The notes under the pieces: generated by a model
Told to the model about the DNA's origin: nothing
What the model saw: the letters and a program-made list of their open reading frames with translations, nothing else
Database searches by the model: none
In this document: positions 39,780 through 49,084 of the stretch, piece by piece
Layout: each line of letters starts with the position of its first letter
How positions within the stretch are numbered: position 1 is the stretch's first letter
Assembly: GCA_963674965.2 (NCBI GenBank)
Contig: CAXXFL010000002.1
Location: 288,001 to 352,000, forward strand
From: a bacterium
GTDB taxonomy: Bacteria > RBG-13-61-14 > DATKZS01
Length of the DNA stretch: 64,000 nt
Reading direction: 5' to 3'
Position numbers and translations under genes: made by a program

Positions 39780-40482
39780 GCGCGCCGGCGGGGGCCTCGC
39801 TCCCGAGCTTCTGGCCATCTACGAGAAACTTCGCGGCCGCTTTGGCCATTTGAACTGGTGGCCGGGCGAGAGCCCTTTCGAGGTGATGGTCGGCGCCATC
39901 CTTACACAGAACACGGCCTGGACCAACGTGGAGAAGGCCATCGCCGCCCTTAAAGCCGACGGGTCGCTGGACGCCGAGTCGATCGCCAAAATGGACGTCA
40001 GAAAGCTGAGGCGACTCATCCGGTCCTCGGGCTACTACAATCAGAAGGCCGACAGGCTGAAGATATTCTCGAGGTTCTTTCTTGCCGCTCCATATTACGG
40101 CTCCGCCGAGCGCATGGCCCAGGTGGAGATGGAGGAAATGAGACAAATCCTTCTTTCCATAAAAGGGATCGGACCGGAAACGGCGGACTCTATCCTGCTT
40201 TACGCTCTCGATAAACGGTCCTTCGTGGTGGACGCCTATACGAGGAGGATTTTCGCGAGGCTCGGCTATCTGCCCGACGGCGTAAGCTACGAGAACGCTC
40301 GAGAATTCTTCACCAGGAACCTGCCTCGGGACCTGGAACTGTATAACGACTTCCACGCCCAGATAGTCTACCTGGGCAAGGATTACTGCCGGCCAAAGCC
40401 CCGGTGCGAGGATTGCCCACTGGCTAAATGCAAGGGAAGCATAATCCTGGAGAAAGAGGAGCGACGCAAAAAAGGCAAATGA
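39772..40482 (+). CDS. Endonuclease III-related HhH-GPD DNA glycosylase
   Basis: GAILTQNT, KGIGPETAD, VVDAYT and C-terminal C..C..CP...C motifs. Confidence 0.9.
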   Translation: MSERAGGGLAPELLAIYEKLRGRFGHLNWWPGESPFEVMVGAILTQNTAWTNVEKAIAALKADGSLDAESIAKMDVRKLRRLIRSSGYYNQKADRLKIFSRFFLAAPYYGSAERMAQVEMEEMRQILLSIKGIGPETADSILLYALDKRSFVVDAYTRRIFARLGYLPDGVSYENAREFFTRNLPRDLELYNDFHAQIVYLGKDYCRPKPRCEDCPLAKCKGSIILEKEERRKKGK

Positions 40483-40547
40483 GCGCCGGGCTTGACAATG
40501 GGCCGAGGCGGCCACATGCTGTAGTGAAAGGGTCGAGGAGTACAATA

Positions 40548-40898
40548 ATGCATGAAATGGGCATCGCCATGCAGATCATGAACATCGTGAACCAGAGCCT
40601 TCCCCCCGGCGAGGACTTGAGGATCAAGTCCATCACCTTGAAGGTGGGCAAGCTGACGGCCATCGTTCCCGGGTCCCTTCGCTTCTGCATGGAGGTGGTG
40701 ACCAAGGACACCCCGGCCGAGGGGGCCGAGATTGTGTTTAACGAGGTCCCGGTCGAGGTCGAGTGCGACTCCTGCGGCCAAAAGTCCATCATCGAGGAAC
40801 CGCCCTTTTCCTGCCGGTCCTGCGGGGGCGACAAGATAGCGATACTCAGCGGCCGGGAAATGATAGTCGAGTCCATCGAGGTGGAGGGCTCGGGCTAG
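40548..40898 (+). CDS. hypA: Hydrogenase maturation nickel chaperone HypA
   Basis: MHE start and two CxxC motifs. Confidence 0.93.
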   Translation: MHEMGIAMQIMNIVNQSLPPGEDLRIKSITLKVGKLTAIVPGSLRFCMEVVTKDTPAEGAEIVFNEVPVEVECDSCGQKSIIEEPPFSCRSCGGDKIAILSGREMIVESIEVEGSG

Positions 40899-40954
40899 TC
40901 CAGGAATGACCGGGCGGCAGCCATATTTAGGGAAAAAAGATCGAGAGGATAAAG

Positions 40955-41677
40955 ATGCATAAAGACCATTCGCACAAGGACCACTCTCACGGCGAGGGGG
41001 CGAGACGCATCCAGGTGGCGCAGGACGTTCTCGGGCTGAACGACAGGCTGGCCCAGGCCAACCGCCGGGAATTCGCCGACCTCGGGCTTTTCGTGCTTAA
41101 CGTCATGAGCTCGCCCGGCTCGGGCAAGACGACCATCTTGACCGAGACCCTGAAGAAGCTCCATCACGAGATCAACATGGGCGTGGTGGTGGGAGACATA
41201 TGCACCACCAACGACGCCGACCGCCTGAGCCTGAACAACCACATCCCCGTGGTCCAGATTTGCACGGACAACTTCGGGGGCGACTGCCACCTGGCGGCGC
41301 ACGTGGTCAAGGACGCGGCCTCCGGTCTCGACCTCGCCTCCCTGGACGTCCTGATCGTGGAGAACATCGGCAACCTCGTGTGCCCGGCCGAGTTCGACGT
41401 GGGGGAGGACAAGAGGGTGGTGGTGCTTTCAGTCACCGAGGGCGAGGACAAGCCCGCCAAGTATCCGCTCATGTTCCGCGTGTGTGACGTGGCCATCCTC
41501 AATAAAATTGACCTCCTTCCCTACCTGGACTACGACAAGGACCTGGCCATAAAGTATATCAAGGATGTTCATTCCGACATGCCCATCTTCGAGACCTCCG
41601 CCAAAACGGGCGAGGGCATGGAAAAGTGGTACGAGTGGATACTGGACCAGGTAAAGGCGAAAAAGGCCGCCAAATAA
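40955..41677 (+). CDS. hypB: Nickel-incorporation GTPase HypB
   Basis: His-rich N-terminus; SSPGSGKT, CHL, ENIGNLVCPAEFD and NKID motifs. Confidence 0.95.
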   Translation: MHKDHSHKDHSHGEGARRIQVAQDVLGLNDRLAQANRREFADLGLFVLNVMSSPGSGKTTILTETLKKLHHEINMGVVVGDICTTNDADRLSLNNHIPVVQICTDNFGGDCHLAAHVVKDAASGLDLASLDVLIVENIGNLVCPAEFDVGEDKRVVVLSVTEGEDKPAKYPLMFRVCDVAILNKIDLLPYLDYDKDLAIKYIKDVHSDMPIFETSAKTGEGMEKWYEWILDQVKAKKAAK

Positions 41678-41710
41678 GAAGACGCGAAATTTTTGGGAAA
41701 GAGAAAGATC

Positions 41711-41734
41711 AAGGCCGGAGATTACTCCGGCCTT
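41711..41734. terminator. Hairpin between convergent hypB and micropeptide gene
   Basis: AAGGCCGGAG-ATTA-CTCCGGCCTT perfect 10-bp stem. Confidence 0.6.
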
Positions 41735-41768
41735 ATATCCTTGCGCCCTGGGCGCCGATTAAAATGTT

Positions 41769-41825
41769 TTAGCAGGAGCTTTTGCACTTGCAAAGACCGG
41801 TTTTCTTTTTCTCTACTTTCTTCAT
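41769..41825 (-). CDS. 18-aa Lys/Cys-rich micropeptide MKKVEKKKTGLCKCKSSC
   Basis: AAGGAGG 7 nt before ATG, consensus promoter upstream, hairpin downstream. Confidence 0.65.
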   Translation of the reverse strand: MKKVEKKKTGLCKCKSSC

Positions 41826-41876
41826 TTTTCGTCCTCCTTTAAGGTTTGTAATCTTTTATATTTCCCATTGATAGAG

Positions 41877-41904
41877 ATTATATCTTCGCCTGAAGAAATG
41901 TCAA
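41877..41904 (-). promoter_or_regulatory. Consensus sigma70 promoter of the micropeptide gene
   Basis: TTGACA-N16-TATAAT. Confidence 0.7.
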
Positions 41905-42154
41905 GCAAAAACAGCCACTTAGCACATATTAATTCAAAATAACACTCGCCATGAACGGCATTTTCGTGGCACTTTACGGCGCGTGATAAAGCGCTATTCT
42001 ATAAGCTGTTTTTTAACGGAAGGCCATAATGTTCAATTATTGTAAGTATTATCGTGTTATCGCGTTGATTCTTTGCGTCCATCAAGATATAATGACCGTT
42101 AGAAAGCGATCCGTCATTAAGGCAAAAACACTCGATATGAAGGGATGCATTATC

Positions 42155-43174
42155 ATGGGTACGGCGCGAACGACTTCCATTCTTTTGGCTCTTTTATTAA
42201 TCATGGCCTCTTGTCCGACCTACTCCCTCGCCGATGGACCCGAGGCCAAGCAGGAGATATTCCCCGGCCAAGCCGAGCCCATCTTGTCCGAGTTGATAAT
42301 GAAGGCTTTCAACCTGGCCTTGAAGCGCGATTACGACGGGGCCAAGGCGGCCTGCCTCGAGCTGGGCGAGGCCCTTCCCCAGGACCCGAGCGGTCCCACC
42401 GGCGAGATGGTCCTTTACCAGGTGATGATGCTCGAGAACGAGGACTACGAGCTGGACGCCGAGTTCAGGGACGCGGCCGGGCGGGCCGAGGAAAGGTCAA
42501 AGGTCTTCGTGAAAAAGGCGGAGAAAAACGACTGGTATTATACACTCCTGGGCGCGAGCTGGGGCATCCAGGGAATATACTACTTGAGGCAGGACGAGTA
42601 TTTCAGCGGCCTCTATTACGGGTTTAGGGGCCTGTCCTACATGCGGACCGCGGCCGAGATGAGCCCGGACAACTGGGAAGCCAAGATGGGGATAGGCGTG
42701 TTCCTGTATTACCGCTCGGCCCTGGCCTCGATTTTTCCCGCGCCCTGGCTCGACCAGCGCGAGCGGGGCATCGAGATGGTCAGGCGAGCGGGCGAGGAGC
42801 GCGAGTACCTGGACGAGGTCAGCCGCATAGCTCTCAGCTATATCTACTATAACGAAAAGGACTACGACAAGACGGCCTCCTACATGGACGACCTCATATC
42901 GGAGCGTCCCTATTTCCCCATTTTCTACCACTTGGCCGGGCGGGCCATGATGGCCAAGGGAGATTACCAGAGGGCCTACGATTATTACGACGCCATGAGG
43001 AAGACCGACCCCGGCCTGTACCTCCCCTACCTGCGCCTGGCCGACATCTCGGAGAAGATGGGCAACAACGGCGCGGCTCGCGAGTGGCTCGATTTGTTCT
43101 ACCAGACCCTGGGCAAAAGGAAAAGCTCCCACCTGGAGGAGGCCGCGGACCTCAAGAAAAAACTGGCCGAATAA
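42155..43174 (+). CDS. Exported TPR-repeat protein
   Basis: Signal-like N-terminus and TPR-like helical pattern. Confidence 0.75.
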   Translation: MGTARTTSILLALLLIMASCPTYSLADGPEAKQEIFPGQAEPILSELIMKAFNLALKRDYDGAKAACLELGEALPQDPSGPTGEMVLYQVMMLENEDYELDAEFRDAAGRAEERSKVFVKKAEKNDWYYTLLGASWGIQGIYYLRQDEYFSGLYYGFRGLSYMRTAAEMSPDNWEAKMGIGVFLYYRSALASIFPAPWLDQRERGIEMVRRAGEEREYLDEVSRIALSYIYYNEKDYDKTASYMDDLISERPYFPIFYHLAGRAMMAKGDYQRAYDYYDAMRKTDPGLYLPYLRLADISEKMGNNGAAREWLDLFYQTLGKRKSSHLEEAADLKKKLAE

Positions 43175-43379
43175 AAACGCGGGGGGGAGGGGGATTTTTC
43201 CAAGTGGAAGAATCTTCATCATGGAAAGGCTTATCAAATGTTCTTTTATAAGGCTTACATATGAAAAGAATTTAATGTTGACGATCTTCAGCTAAAATGC
43301 TAGCTTTAAATTGGTATTTTTCATCCAGAGTTGCATCAATGCTAGGCTAAACTTGAAGGCTAAGGGCAAGGAGAGAAAA

Positions 43380-45938
43380 ATGAAAAGTTCTAAAATTCTT
43401 CAATTCTCAGCAATCGCCTTGATGATGGCGCTTGTATCTATCATTTCAATCCCCACCGCTCAAGCTGCCACCTGCGGCGTAAGCGTTTGCGGCGACGGCA
43501 TCCTTGATCCAGGCGAGGAATGCGATGACGGCAACCTGTCGCTTGGAGACGGCTGCTCGGCTGACTGCACCGAAAGTTTCGACATGCAAGTTGGGAGCGC
43601 TCTGTTTTCCTATTCAGGCGAGCATCCGAGGGACATGGTCTCCGGTGACTTGAATAACGACGGGATAGTTGATTTCGTGGTCACAACATACCGCGGAGCC
43701 TCCATGTATACCTACCTAGTTAATCAAAACGGCTCCATCACCCAGGCGGGTCATTATTCATTGGGATCTAACACCTGCGCCATCGCGGGAGGAAACCTGA
43801 ATGGTGATCATTTCCTGGACGTGGCTACCGTCGATTGCGACACGGACCAACTATTTGTGTTTTTCGGGAACGGCGACGGGACCATGACCCTGGCGGACGT
43901 CTATATTCCCGGAGAGCGCCCCATGAACGCGAAGATAGGCGACGTCAATAACGACGGTTATGGAGACATCATAGCCGGGTGCCTGATAAGCCGCGGCTTC
44001 CGCGTTTATTATGGCGATGGCCATGGAGGCTTTCCCTCCAGTGAGTTTATTTCAACCAACGCCACAGGAAATCCCACCACGGAGGCGCGCGATCTGAATG
44101 GCGACGGATATAACGACCTTGTCCATGGAGCGCACGACAGAAACGGAGGAGAACCCTTTTTTGGTATCTTGATGGGCATAAACGACGGCTTCTCCATCAG
44201 CCAGACTTTCAACTCTCCCTTCAGGGCACAAAACGCGAACGCTCTGGATCTTAACAATGACGGGTATCCGGATTTGGCCGTTTACGCCTCTGTCGATGGG
44301 CCCTCATGGTCGGCGGCGACTATACTTCGCGCCATGATAAACCAGGGAGACGGCTCGTTCTCCATAGGCCAGGAGATAAACACCGGCGATCAAGGCCACC
44401 GAATGGCGAAAGGCGACCTCAACAACGACGGAGAAACGGACATTGTCATGACCTCAAGATATTCCTCTCAACCGGCCGCGAGAGTTTTTCGAGGGGATGG
44501 CGTCGGTTTCTTCAAATCCGAGATCAGATATAATATGAGCACTGACGTCCTTGGAGTCGCCGTAGTGGACATTAATAACGACGGCCTTCCAGACGTCCTT
44601 TCATCGATAGCCGATCACTATAAAGTCGTTCCCACCTTCAACCACAACTACTACCAGTTCCCCGTCTGCGGCGACTTCCGCATCGGGCGGGGCGAGAACT
44701 GCGACGACGGGAACACGGCGGACGGCGACGGGTGCTCGGCCATCTGCCGGCTCGAGGCCACGGGCGACACGGACAGGGACGGACTGACCGACGGCGAGGA
44801 GACGGGGATTTATTACACCGACCCGCTTAATCCCGACACGGACGGGGACTGCGTGTTCGACGGGGAGGAGGTCTGCTCGGGGGCCGACCCGCTCGACCCC
44901 TCCGACCAGGAAGGCTGCCGGCAAATAGTCACCCCCAGCGGCGAGTGGAAGATCAAGGCCACCCTGCTCGAGGCCTCGGCCGCCCTCTCCTCCGAGGTCT
45001 GGATTTCCGAGCCCATCGAGGAGCGCCTTATCAAAAACAGCTTGAAGCACGTGGGCAAGGTGGTGACCACCACCGTGCTCTCGGGCGAGACGGTGAACTT
45101 CTTCATCCGGGTCCACGCCGAGTCCTGGGGCCTTGGCGTTTACGACCACTACTCGGACTCGATGTACGCCCGCGTGTCGCGCCAGGACGCCTTTACCTAC
45201 ACCATCGGCTTCGAGGACCTTCCCGTGGGCCAGTCGGACTGGGACTTCGATGACCTGGTCCTCCTGGTCGAGTTCATCCCGGCCGAGGCGGCGCCCGGCG
45301 TTGCGCGGAACTCCATGGACGAATACGAGGTCTCGACGGCCAACCAGGCGGGGAGCCGCGCCCTGGATTCCTCCACCGTCTTCGCCGAGCTTAATTTCGA
45401 CGGGTACGCCTCGATCGAGATTTCCGGCGCGGCCATCTCCGGCGACGCGGCGGTGGTTCTCACGGCTGGCCTCGCCGAGAAGTACTCGGACCTTCCCTCC
45501 CCCACGCCGGGCTATTTCGGGGAGTTCAAAAAGGTCCTTCTCACGAACGGCCAGACCGACCTTGGCGGGGTCAACGGGACGATCGTCATCTCTTACAAGG
45601 ACGAGGACGACGACGGCGTTGTTGACGGCACGACGGCCGCCGAGGACAACCTGGTCGTTTACCGCTACGACGAGGACTCCCAGGACTGGGTCCAGCTCAT
45701 CACGAACAAGGACGGTGACGGCAACCTGGTGGCGGGCGTGACGGACAAGGCTTCCCTTTTCGCGGTCGGCTCGAGGTACTCCCCCGGCGGAAGCGTTAAC
45801 CTCAGTTGCATGATGAGCGACGCATCGAGCTGGAGCGCCAGGGACTTCTTCGGCAACGCGGCGGTGTTTTTCATCGTCATTCTGGCCCTGACGCTGGTGA
45901 GAAAAGGGGCCGCGAAGAAGGAGACCAAAGCGGGCTAG
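43380..45938 (+). CDS. Large surface protein with Cys-rich CGDG..EECDDGN repeats, FG-GAP repeats, DUF4114-like domain and C-terminal TM anchor
   Basis: GDLNNDG repeats, GFEDL...DWDFDDLV motif, hydrophobic tail followed by basic residues. Confidence 0.85.
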   Translation: MKSSKILQFSAIALMMALVSIISIPTAQAATCGVSVCGDGILDPGEECDDGNLSLGDGCSADCTESFDMQVGSALFSYSGEHPRDMVSGDLNNDGIVDFVVTTYRGASMYTYLVNQNGSITQAGHYSLGSNTCAIAGGNLNGDHFLDVATVDCDTDQLFVFFGNGDGTMTLADVYIPGERPMNAKIGDVNNDGYGDIIAGCLISRGFRVYYGDGHGGFPSSEFISTNATGNPTTEARDLNGDGYNDLVHGAHDRNGGEPFFGILMGINDGFSISQTFNSPFRAQNANALDLNNDGYPDLAVYASVDGPSWSAATILRAMINQGDGSFSIGQEINTGDQGHRMAKGDLNNDGETDIVMTSRYSSQPAARVFRGDGVGFFKSEIRYNMSTDVLGVAVVDINNDGLPDVLSSIADHYKVVPTFNHNYYQFPVCGDFRIGRGENCDDGNTADGDGCSAICRLEATGDTDRDGLTDGEETGIYYTDPLNPDTDGDCVFDGEEVCSGADPLDPSDQEGCRQIVTPSGEWKIKATLLEASAALSSEVWISEPIEERLIKNSLKHVGKVVTTTVLSGETVNFFIRVHAESWGLGVYDHYSDSMYARVSRQDAFTYTIGFEDLPVGQSDWDFDDLVLLVEFIPAEAAPGVARNSMDEYEVSTANQAGSRALDSSTVFAELNFDGYASIEISGAAISGDAAVVLTAGLAEKYSDLPSPTPGYFGEFKKVLLTNGQTDLGGVNGTIVISYKDEDDDGVVDGTTAAEDNLVVYRYDEDSQDWVQLITNKDGDGNLVAGVTDKASLFAVGSRYSPGGSVNLSCMMSDASSWSARDFFGNAAVFFIVILALTLVRKGAAKKETKAG

Positions 45939-46033
45939 GGACCAATGGGGGGGCTCGCGCCGTTCTTATTAAATAATCCCGGTCCCCATCCGACTGCTAA
46001 GGGGCGGATGGGGACGGGGCTGCTTGCAAGGTT

Positions 46034-46938
46034 TCAGCCGGACGTGATCATGGCCACCAGGCCGCCGCCGGGTCGCATGGCGGCCTCGATCTTTCCGTCC
46101 GAATCGAGCTCGATCTCTTGGCGCCTGAACGCCGCGGGGTTGTCCATTTCGTCGGACAGGACCACGGCGTGGCCGGGACCGTCCAGGAAGTCGGTCTCGA
46201 TGGTTATGTCCCGCCGTCCGCTTCCGTTCAGCACGCCAACGTACCACACGTCTCCCTTGCGCCGGGCAAAGGCCGCCAGTTCTCTTATCTGGCTCTGAGG
46301 GAGGACTATGGTCTCGTCCCAGGTGGCGGGAAGCTTTTTCATGATCTCGATGGCGGGAGCGGCCGGCGGGTTTTCAAGGTACATCTCCGGCTTGTCCGCG
46401 TAGTGGGTGACCGATGAGAAAAGCGCTATGGGCAGGGCCAGTTGATGGGCGTAGCTGGTCTTGCCGAGCTTTTTGGGATTGAAGGTCACGGGCGTGTAGT
46501 CGGCATGTCCGGCCAGGAGCCTGGTAAAGGGCAGTCCGCAGTTGTGCTCGGGGGTCAGGGGCGTGAGACTGAACTTGTTGTACTCGAGGCCCCTTATCCC
46601 CTCCCGGGTCATCTCGTTCGGATATGTCCTGGACTCGCCCGCCGGCTTGTTGGCGCCGTGGAAGTTGATCATCAGCTTGTGGCGAGCCCCGTCAATCAGC
46701 GCCTTCTCGTGGAACTCGAGTTTCTTGTGGCTCTCGCTGTCCATGAAGTCGATCTTAACCCCCACGGCCCCGGTTTGCTTGACGTTGGCGAAATAATAGT
46801 TTCGCCGCTCGTCGTCCAGGATCATCTGGTGGGCCTTCCACACCCACACGTCCACGCCCTTTGTCTTGGCGTAATCCACCAGTTCCGCCATCACGGCCCA
46901 CTTGTCCTTGCCCAGGCCGCCCCATCGCTCCCATCCGC
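46034..46938 (-). pseudogene. Glycoside hydrolase family 97, 3' fragment only
   Basis: GVKIDF, INFHG, RTYPNEMTREG and DYTP motifs; the N-terminal part is replaced by a family A element. Confidence 0.85.
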
Positions 46939-47065
46939 GGGTGGCGCGGATAGCTCGCCTATCCGCGCGGCGCAAGCCGTTGGATTGATCTGTACGCGCC
47001 CGGCGGGCCGCCGCTCCCTTTCCCACGCCTTCGGCGCCCAGATAGCGAAGCTATCCGGGCCACCC
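46939..47065. repeat. REPIN-like family A element
   Basis: 127 bp with 17-bp inverted ends; near-identical to 47379-47505. Confidence 0.9.
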
Positions 47066-47378
47066 CGCGCCCAAAGGCCCAGCCAAGCCCAAGTCCCTTT
47101 AAACTTCCTCGTTCTCATGGCGATCTCCTTTGCTCTTTAAAGTCAGTCCGCCGCGCGGCGCGTAGAACGCATAGCTCGCCTATGCGTGGCGCCCGTTTTG
47201 TCAATTTCCCAGCATAACGGCAGGAAAGCGGCTACCCCCATTCTTGGTACCACGCGACCTGCTCGCTATGCTCGCACACATAGGCGAGCTATGTGCGTAC
47301 ACCTTATCAGTCCGCCGCGCAGCGGATACCGAGGAGGCTTCCCCTGGTTTCCGGCGCGGAATTGTACCGCTTGGCCGC
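47066..47378 (-). pseudogene. Diverged duplicate of about 50375-50686: 3' tip of a CLec gene, spacer and 5' tip of a lipoprotein gene
   Basis: Encodes ..YNSAPETRGSLLGIRCAAD* and [17 protein letters not shown], each cut by a family A element. Confidence 0.88.
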
Positions 47379-47505
47379 GGGTGGCGCGGATCGCTCGCCT
47401 ATCCGCGCGGCGCAAGCCGTTGGATTGATCTGTACGCGCCCGGCGGGCCGTCGCCCCCTTTCCCACGCCTTCGGCGCCCAGATAGCGGAGCTATCCGGGC
47501 CACCC
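47379..47505. repeat. REPIN-like family A element
   Basis: Direct repeat of 46939-47065. Confidence 0.9.
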
Positions 47506-47576
47506 CGCGAAACTCATGGCAAAACCTCTTTACACAGATCATAAGCTTTCTGAACCGCGGGAAGTTCCTTCTTCAT
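47506..47576 (-). pseudogene. avd: N-terminal remnant of a DGR Avd-like gene
   Basis: Translates MKKELPAVQKAYDLCKEVLP*VSR and is then truncated by the repeat. Confidence 0.7.
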
Positions 47577-47591
47577 TTCAAAAATTTTTCC

Positions 47592-47613
47592 GATGGGGGC
47601 TTACGCCCCCATC
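47592..47613. promoter_or_regulatory. Perfect hairpin downstream of the CLec gene (candidate DGR target-recognition cruciform)
   Basis: GATGGGGGC-GTAA-GCCCCCATC with no U-tract directly after the stem on the gene strand. Confidence 0.6.
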
Positions 47614-47646
47614 AAAGGGTAAAAGGGATAAAGAATCAAAGTGTAA

Positions 47647-48987
47647 TCAGTCCCCAGCGCAACGAAATCCAAGGCTGTTGTACAGGAACGTCGGGAAGTA
47701 GGTGGTACGGTAAGCCACGCGCAAGTAGGCCGAAGGGTCGTACCAAAGGCCGCCGCGCAAGACGCGATACGTACCTGAAGCGGGACCGGGAGGGTCGTTG
47801 GTTGGACTTGAACTGTAATACGTTGATGAATACCAATCGTTCGTCCATTCATAGACGTTGCCCGTCATGTCGTAAAGACCGTAGCCGTTGGCCGCGTAAT
47901 ACTCAACCTCCGAGGTGTCGTTGTCCCAGGGATCGCCAGAGTTCCAGTAATTTGCATCAGTCCCGCTGATGCTGTCGCCCCAGGGATAGCGCTTTCCGGA
48001 AAGACCGCCGCGGGCAGCGTACTCCCACTCGGCCTCGGTGGGCAGTCTCTTGCCCGCCCAGGTGCAGTAAGCCGTGGCCTGGTTCCAGTCAACGTAGATA
48101 ACAGGGAAGTTGTCATAAGTGGGATTGCCGTAATAAGAGCCTCGGGAATAGCTTGAAGAATTACTCGGAGCCGTGCATCCCCCTCCGCTGACACAGGCCG
48201 CGTACTCAGCGTTGGTTACCTCGTGCACGTCCATGTAAAAGTCAGATGTAATGCAAACGTTATGCACCGGAAACTCATTGCTTTCTCCCTCACCGAACGC
48301 GTCGCCCATGTCGAAGCAACCGGAGGGAATCAGGGCCATGTTGGGGGGGGCGGGGCAGCTCTGGTAGTCGGCGAAGACCTGGAGATAGGCGGTGTAGTGG
48401 CCGGCGGCGACGCTGGTGAACACGAAACTCTGGGAGGCGACGCCGCCGGGTGGTATGCTTTCCTGCCAGGTGTTGGCGCAGCCCTCGGCCGAGCCCGCCG
48501 AGCTGGGGGAATCGTCGGTAATGCAGTAGCCCGAGTCGTTTATCGGCTGGGAGGTGTTGGGAGCGAGGATGAAGTCAACGCCCGGGTCGGTCCAGATATA
48601 GTCGGCCTCGGCCATGATCGCGTCGGGCCTGGTCGAGGAGTTGAACCGGGTGCGGACGTTGTACATGCACTCGTCCGAGTCGAGGTTGTGGAAAACGACC
48701 TCGCAGGTGGCCGCGTAGTTCCCCGCGTCCCACGAGCAGCCGGCCGGACCGTTCCGGACCTCGAGGGTGTGGCCGTTAAGGGCCCCCACCCAGGAGCGGC
48801 CCGGAGCGTCGCCGATCTCGAGCGTCTTGTGGTCGAGGTCAAGGCGAAGCTCGTACACCGCGGCCTCCACCTGGCCAACCGCCGTCTCCCCGGAAGGGTC
48901 GCCGCCCGGCGTCCCGCAACCGAAAGACAGCGCCATCGCCCAAAGGCCCAGCCAAGCCCAAGTCCCTTTAAACTTCTTCGTTCTCAT
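47647..48987 (-). CDS. Lipoprotein with C-terminal FGE-sulfatase (CLec) domain, candidate DGR target 1
   Basis: SFGC lipobox; [22 protein letters not shown] and GFRC motifs. Confidence 0.92.
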   Translation of the reverse strand: MRTKKFKGTWAWLGLWAMALSFGCGTPGGDPSGETAVGQVEAAVYELRLDLDHKTLEIGDAPGRSWVGALNGHTLEVRNGPAGCSWDAGNYAATCEVVFHNLDSDECMYNVRTRFNSSTRPDAIMAEADYIWTDPGVDFILAPNTSQPINDSGYCITDDSPSSAGSAEGCANTWQESIPPGGVASQSFVFTSVAAGHYTAYLQVFADYQSCPAPPNMALIPSGCFDMGDAFGEGESNEFPVHNVCITSDFYMDVHEVTNAEYAACVSGGGCTAPSNSSSYSRGSYYGNPTYDNFPVIYVDWNQATAYCTWAGKRLPTEAEWEYAARGGLSGKRYPWGDSISGTDANYWNSGDPWDNDTSEVEYYAANGYGLYDMTGNVYEWTNDWYSSTYYSSSPTNDPPGPASGTYRVLRGGLWYDPSAYLRVAYRTTYFPTFLYNSLGFRCAGD

Positions 48988-49084
48988 GGCGATCTCCTTT
49001 TCTCTTTAAAGTCAGTCCGCCGCGCGGAGTGTAGAAACCCTTTCATGGGAAATAGGGTAAAAGGGATAAAGAATCAAAGTGTAA

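Noticed and set aside
46034-47026. Full-length 330-aa ORF as listed in the track
   Set aside because: Its first ~30 codons come from the repeat element; it is a GH97 fragment.
47066-47378. Duplicate segment as the DGR template repeat
   Set aside because: It copies the 50614 gene tip and spacer with few differences and is not adenine-enriched at variable codons.
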